From assembly GCA_963632615.1 (NCBI GenBank), contig CAVGVF010000001.1, positions 72,636 through 136,635 of the forward strand: DNA of 64,000 nucleotides, read 5' to 3'. The notes under the pieces are model-generated. The model saw nothing but the letters and a program-made list of their open reading frames with translations, made no database searches and was not told the DNA's origin. Made by a program: the position numbers and the translations under genes. Source of the stretch: an uncultured Eubacteriales bacterium. GTDB lineage: Bacteria > Pseudomonadota > Alphaproteobacteria > RF32 > CAG-239. This document shows, in pieces, positions 59,651 to 64,000 of the stretch; the first letter of the stretch is position 1, and every line of letters starts with the position of its first letter.

Positions 59651-61474
59651 ATGAGTATGAGAAACATTGCCATCATCGCCCACGTTGACCACGGTAAAAC
59701 TACCTTGGTAGACGGGCTGTTGCGCCAAAGCGGTACATTCCGCGATAATCAAAAAGTAGCCGACTGCGTTATGGACAGTAACGCTTTGGAGCGTGAAAGA
59801 GGTATTACCATTCTTTCTAAATGCACTTCTGTTGATTGGCACGGTACTCATATAAACATTGTAGATACTCCGGGACACGCTGACTTCGGCGGCGAGGTAG
59901 AGCGTATTTTATCTATGGTTGACGGTGTTGTTTTGCTGGTAGATGCCTCCGAAGGCCCGATGCCGCAAACCAAGTTCGTTTTAGGCAAAGCTTTGAAAAT
60001 CGGCTTAAAACCGATTGTGGTTATTAACAAAGCCGATAAGCCGGATGCCCGTCCGGACGAAGTTTTGAATGAAATTTTTGATTTGTTCGTAAGTCTGAAT
60101 GCTAATGACGAGCAGCTGGATTTCCCTATTTTGTACGCTTCAGGCCGTAACGGCTGGGCTGTACGCGATTTGGCGGACGAACATAAAGATTTAACTCCGC
60201 TGTTTGAAACTATTTTGTCTTATGTCAGCGAACCGGTCTGCGAGCCGGATAAACCGTTTAGAATGCTGGCAACAACTTTGGAATCCGATAAATTCGTCGG
60301 CCGTATTCTGACCGGTAAAATCCAGAGCGGCAGCGTAAAGGTTAATGACGCTGTAAAAGTTATTAACGAACACGGCGAAGTAGAACGTGCTAAAATTACC
60401 AAAATTATGGCTTATAAAGGCTTGGAGCGTGTAGCTTTGGATTCGGCTCATGCCGGCGATATTGTGGCTGTAGCCGGTATTGTTAAAGGCACGGTTGCCG
60501 ATACTATCTGCGCTCCGGAAGTGGATGTAAAAGACTATATTAAGGCTCAGCCGATTGATCCTCCGACATTGGCTATGACTTTCTCGGTAAACGATTCTCC
60601 GCTGGCCGGCAAAGAAGGCGACAAAGTTACTTCCCGCGTGATTTGGGCGCGTTTGGAAAAAGAAGCTGAAGGCAATATCGCTTTGAAAATTTCCCGCACC
60701 GATAATTCCGATACCTTTGAAGTAGCCGGACGCGGCGAGCTGCAGCTCGGCGTTTTGATTGAAACTATGCGCCGCGAAGGCTTTGAGCTTTCTATTTCCC
60801 GTCCGCGCGTTATTATGAAACGTGATGAAAACGGCCAGCTTCTGGAGCCGGTTGAAGAAGTTGTTGTGGATGTGGATGAAGAATTTTCCGGCGCTGTGGT
60901 AGAAAAATTGAGCAAGCGCCGCGCTGAATTGGTAGAAATGATTCCATCTCAGGTCGGCAATAAAGTCCGTTTGATTTTCCATGCTCCGTCCCGCGGCTTA
61001 ATCGGCTATCACTCCGAATTTTTGACAGATACCCGCGGCACCGGCGTGATGAACCGTATTTTCTATGCTTTTGAACCGTATAAAGGCGAGATTGAAGACC
61101 GCCGCAACGGTGTGATGATTTCCAGCGAGAACGGGCAGGCTATTGCCTATTCATTGTGGAAACTGCAAGACCGCGGTCCGATGTTTGTGGAACACAACAG
61201 TCCGGTTTATGTCGGTATGATTATCGGCGAGCATACAAAATACAATGATATTGAAGTAAATCCGACCAAGTCTAAGCAGCTGACAAACATTCGTGCTGCC
61301 GGTAAAGATGAGGCGATTGACCTTATTCCGCCGCGTAAATTGAGCTTGGAACAGGCTTTGGCTTATATCCAGTCGGATGAGCTTTTGGAAGTTACTCCTA
61401 AATCTCTGCGTCTGCGTAAGCGTATTTTGGATCCGATTGCCCGTAAGCGGGCTAAGCCTGAAACAGCCGAATAA
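59651..61474 (+). CDS. typA: translational GTPase TypA/BipA
   Basis: G-domain motifs [18 protein letters not shown]; 607 aa. Confidence 0.95.
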   Translation: MSMRNIAIIAHVDHGKTTLVDGLLRQSGTFRDNQKVADCVMDSNALERERGITILSKCTSVDWHGTHINIVDTPGHADFGGEVERILSMVDGVVLLVDASEGPMPQTKFVLGKALKIGLKPIVVINKADKPDARPDEVLNEIFDLFVSLNANDEQLDFPILYASGRNGWAVRDLADEHKDLTPLFETILSYVSEPVCEPDKPFRMLATTLESDKFVGRILTGKIQSGSVKVNDAVKVINEHGEVERAKITKIMAYKGLERVALDSAHAGDIVAVAGIVKGTVADTICAPEVDVKDYIKAQPIDPPTLAMTFSVNDSPLAGKEGDKVTSRVIWARLEKEAEGNIALKISRTDNSDTFEVAGRGELQLGVLIETMRREGFELSISRPRVIMKRDENGQLLEPVEEVVVDVDEEFSGAVVEKLSKRRAELVEMIPSQVGNKVRLIFHAPSRGLIGYHSEFLTDTRGTGVMNRIFYAFEPYKGEIEDRRNGVMISSENGQAIAYSLWKLQDRGPMFVEHNSPVYVGMIIGEHTKYNDIEVNPTKSKQLTNIRAAGKDEAIDLIPPRKLSLEQALAYIQSDELLEVTPKSLRLRKRILDPIARKRAKPETAE

Positions 61475-61481
61475 AATTCTA

Positions 61482-61504
61482 AAGCGCCCTTGCGGCGCTT
61501 TTCT
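61482..61504 (+). terminator. intrinsic terminator after typA
   Basis: agcgcccttgcggcgct followed by a T-run. Confidence 0.7.
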
Positions 61505-61558
61505 TTATTGAATTTTAAGCATTTTTGCGGTAGGCTTATAAAGAGAAAGGAAAAAATA

Positions 61559-62125
61559 ATGTCTGAAGCAGATGCCCATAGAAAGTGTCCGGAATATTGT
61601 CCGTTTTTGAAAGCAAATAATACTTTTTGCGAATTATTTAAACGTGCTTTGCAGCAAGTTGCCCGTCTTCCGCAAAAATGTGAAGACTGTCTTAATCCGG
61701 AGCAGCGTATGGCATCTTATCAATCGCTTGGCCTGTCCTTGAACAACCGCATAGAAATGTGGCAGAAGGCTGTGGTTAAACACAATGAGATAGAGCTGGG
61801 CAAACACCGTGAAGAAGAGGCTCTGCGCCAAAAATTTGCCGCATTTTTAACAGATAAATACGGCGATAGGCCGCCGCTTGACGGAAATACCTATTTGAAC
61901 AATTTGGTAATCAATCTTTTTATGGTTTTGGATAATACCGAACGGCACATGATGATGTCCGTATTAAAAAGCAAAGGAGGGCTTTCATTGCTGCAATCCA
62001 TTGATAAAGCTCCGAAAGATGACTCTTTGCTGCGTAATATCCGCCGAGAGCTGGATTCACATTATCAGGAATATCAAAAATCTTTGCAAAATTCTATGTC
62101 CGGACGTGAAAACGTGCGTTCTTAA
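61559..62125 (+). CDS. hypothetical Cys-rich protein
   Basis: RBS AAAGGAAAA; N-terminal CPEYCPF...C...CEDC cluster. The track ORF starts at 61490, upstream of the RBS. Confidence 0.4.
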   Translation: MSEADAHRKCPEYCPFLKANNTFCELFKRALQQVARLPQKCEDCLNPEQRMASYQSLGLSLNNRIEMWQKAVVKHNEIELGKHREEEALRQKFAAFLTDKYGDRPPLDGNTYLNNLVINLFMVLDNTERHMMMSVLKSKGGLSLLQSIDKAPKDDSLLRNIRRELDSHYQEYQKSLQNSMSGRENVRS

Positions 62126-62186
62126 TTCTGTTGATTTTTTGTCAAAAACATGCTATTATTCCCAAAAATGTATATAAGGATTTGCA

Positions 62187-64000
62187 ATGTCAAAGGAAAC
62201 CATGCTGCTGGCGACGGCAGACAACCATGTTATAGCTGTTGAGCTGGAATATAACAATAACGCAGAAAAAAGCCGCAAGATGCGCTTATATGAGCGTTAT
62301 TGCGAAAATTTGAATTATCATGATTTTTATCAGATGTTCAATAATTTTGCACATTCTAACAGTTACGGCAGCGCCTTGGAAAGAGAGTTTTTTTTGCAGG
62401 TGGATTCTCCAAATACGGATTTTTTAAATCGGGAAATTACCGGCTATGATTTTGTTAAAGCGCCGCAGTTATATCAAAATAATGTTATAACAAATAATTA
62501 TCCGTCAAATATAGCCGCAAAAGCTAATACGGTGCATTTTGATAATCATGTTGATGATGCTGATATTCCGCAGTTGATTAAAAATCTTGGCTATAAAATT
62601 GAGCCGGAAGACAATGTATATGATGTGCGCTATGATGCAGCCAAGCAGCAATATGAAGCAGTCGGCTTAAAGCGTCGCCGCGCTTCGGTAAATGTAAGCA
62701 AAAAGCGTGTGAAATTGATACGCAATCATTTTACTTTTCCGCCTGCCGAATATGCCGTGCTGCAAAGATTGCTGTCTGATTGGAACAGCCGCCGCCGTAC
62801 AAATCCGGATTTAACTATCGGAAAATTCTGCAAGACCATCAGCGATGCCAAAGAAAGAAGCTTGTTTACGATATATGCTATGGAACAGACAAATGTAAAT
62901 CATCGGATTCTGCTGTTAAGGCATGAGCTTACCCATGTGAAAAACAGTGCGCTGCAAGCCGGATTTGGCTTGAAAAAAAGGGCTAAGCGCCTGTCTGTGG
63001 AGGATTATTACCGTTTGCAGGTAGAAGATGAGCGCAGTGCGTATTTATCTCAGGTTGTTAATGCCGCCAATATGTATTTAAAAAACGGCAATCCGCAAGA
63101 TTTTACCATGTTTGACGGCGAGGCCGGCGCTTTGGTAAAGGCTCTGAAAAGAATGCCCGAAAGCAGCCGTTTTTCGTATGTTTCAAATACGGAAAACTTA
63201 ATGGATGCGGCTTTTAATTCATTTGCTAAAAATCACCGTAATGAATATGACAGCGTCCAGTTTATCAATAATATGAAATTAGAAATGCAAAGAATTCCTA
63301 TGAGTGCGGAAGCTGATGCAAACCGTGAAGAATTTTTTAAGCGGCGTTCTTTGTATTACCGCTATCAGCTGTATAATCCGCAGACCGGGAGTTATGAGCA
63401 TAAAAACTTTACGCCGTTAATCAACGATTCGCGTGAAGTGAATTTAAGTCAGGATAATATAACGAATATCATAGAGCCTTGCCGGCAAATTGTTACGCGC
63501 CGCTTGGCTGAATTTAACCGCGATAAGAGCAGGGGAGAAATAAACCCGGCATTGGTTGAAGAGGCAAAAGCGCTGATGCGTGATAATTTGCATAAATCGC
63601 GGCTGATAAATAATATAAACGGCATAGAAGTTTCTGACTTGGCGGATGACAATCAGCAGCCTGTTTCTCAGCCGGCGCCGCAGCCGCGGAATCCTGCTGC
63701 GTGGAGCAGAGGGCTTGAAGCTTATTGGAGTAAATTTGACGGATATAAAGAGATTGCCAACACAGAGCAAGAATATTCTTTCAGTATAAAGGAAGGTACA
63801 ATAAAATATACTGAGCAGAGTAAAGTTCAGGTCAGCAAGGATGCGCAGTATGAAGCGTATGTAAAATTGCTGCAAGAGCCAAGCAATAAGGCTAAGCCGG
63901 TTATATTCAAAGATACTTTAACGGAAGAGCAAGCCTTGAAATTATATGTGGCTTGTGTTAATAGCAATCGCATAATGAAAGGTGCTGTGCCGCGGGATTT
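62187..64000 (+). CDS. large hypothetical protein with HExxH motif (DUF4157-like HELTHV), 3' end outside window
   Basis: RBS AAGGA then ATG at 62187. The frame is open for at least 604 codons to the window end. Motif LLLRHELTHVKNSALQ. Absent from the ORF track because no stop lies in the window. Confidence 0.55.
   Translation, partial: MSKETMLLATADNHVIAVELEYNNNAEKSRKMRLYERYCENLNYHDFYQMFNNFAHSNSYGSALEREFFLQVDSPNTDFLNREITGYDFVKAPQLYQNNVITNNYPSNIAAKANTVHFDNHVDDADIPQLIKNLGYKIEPEDNVYDVRYDAAKQQYEAVGLKRRRASVNVSKKRVKLIRNHFTFPPAEYAVLQRLLSDWNSRRRTNPDLTIGKFCKTISDAKERSLFTIYAMEQTNVNHRILLLRHELTHVKNSALQAGFGLKKRAKRLSVEDYYRLQVEDERSAYLSQVVNAANMYLKNGNPQDFTMFDGEAGALVKALKRMPESSRFSYVSNTENLMDAAFNSFAKNHRNEYDSVQFINNMKLEMQRIPMSAEADANREEFFKRRSLYYRYQLYNPQTGSYEHKNFTPLINDSREVNLSQDNITNIIEPCRQIVTRRLAEFNRDKSRGEINPALVEEAKALMRDNLHKSRLINNINGIEVSDLADDNQQPVSQPAPQPRNPAAWSRGLEAYWSKFDGYKEIANTEQEYSFSIKEGTIKYTEQSKVQVSKDAQYEAYVKLLQEPSNKAKPVIFKDTLTEEQALKLYVACVNSNRIMKGAVPRD

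Noticed and set aside
1-64000. Searched by eye for CRISPR arrays, IS/transposase or integrase genes, prophage modules and classical toxin-antitoxin pairs.
   Set aside because: No regularly spaced repeats, no DDE or tyrosine-recombinase-like ORFs and no phage structural genes were recognised. The GNAT gene has no adjacent RHH/antitoxin-like ORF. The Fic is the self-inhibited class III type.

Overview
AT-rich (~35-40% GC) bacterial chromosome segment. The gene content points to an alphaproteobacterium, probably a host-associated, reduced-genome lineage (Rickettsiales- or Holosporales-like); this is an inference and no database search was possible. The supporting markers are an ATP12 F1-ATPase chaperone, a Tim44-like protein next to secB and mltA, CdnL, ppdK, and an rho / coaE-dnaQ arrangement. 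About three quarters of the window is housekeeping: ppdK, rho, lepA, typA, lysS, rarA, cmk, rsmE, dusB, trkA, pssA-psd and others. The window also holds four tRNA genes or gene copies with flanking scars.

Several things stand out.

1. A ~185-nt conserved, structured 5' leader is present twice, upstream of two of three paralogous prepilin-type (type IV pilin-like) genes. It shows clear compensatory base changes in two helices and ends in a terminator-like hairpin plus U-tract just before the RBS. A related hairpin motif, with covarying stem and conserved loop, sits in the leader of the third paralogue. This looks like an undescribed cis-regulatory RNA or attenuator family controlling pilin-like genes.

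2. A candidate replication origin lies between rho and coaE-dnaQ: two perfect DnaA boxes (TGTGGATAA) plus one 8/9 box, and two perfect TTAA-N7-TTAA CtrA-type boxes.

3. An accessory region anchored at tRNA-Leu contains the pilin paralogues, a class III Fic protein whose C-terminal SxxxEG motif marks it as auto-inhibited, a 1698-aa autotransporter, and a small CGCGC peptide in tandem with hsp20. The Fic gene is apparently co-transcribed with the autotransporter.

4. Three secreted or effector-like proteins carry HExxH motifs. Two resemble DUF4157-type motifs; one of these runs off the window end and is absent from the ORF track.

5. The tRNA-Thr gene is flanked by a 36-nt copy of its own 5' half and a copy of its 3' end. 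The tRNA-Glu 3' flank is duplicated around a GC-rich insert. A very low-GC GNAT/ASCH islet lies between these two tRNA genes.

6. The psd homologue lacks the canonical Gly-Ser processing site and has Asn where the His of the autoprocessing triad is expected, if my recalled alignment is right.

No CRISPR array, transposase or integrase was recognised.
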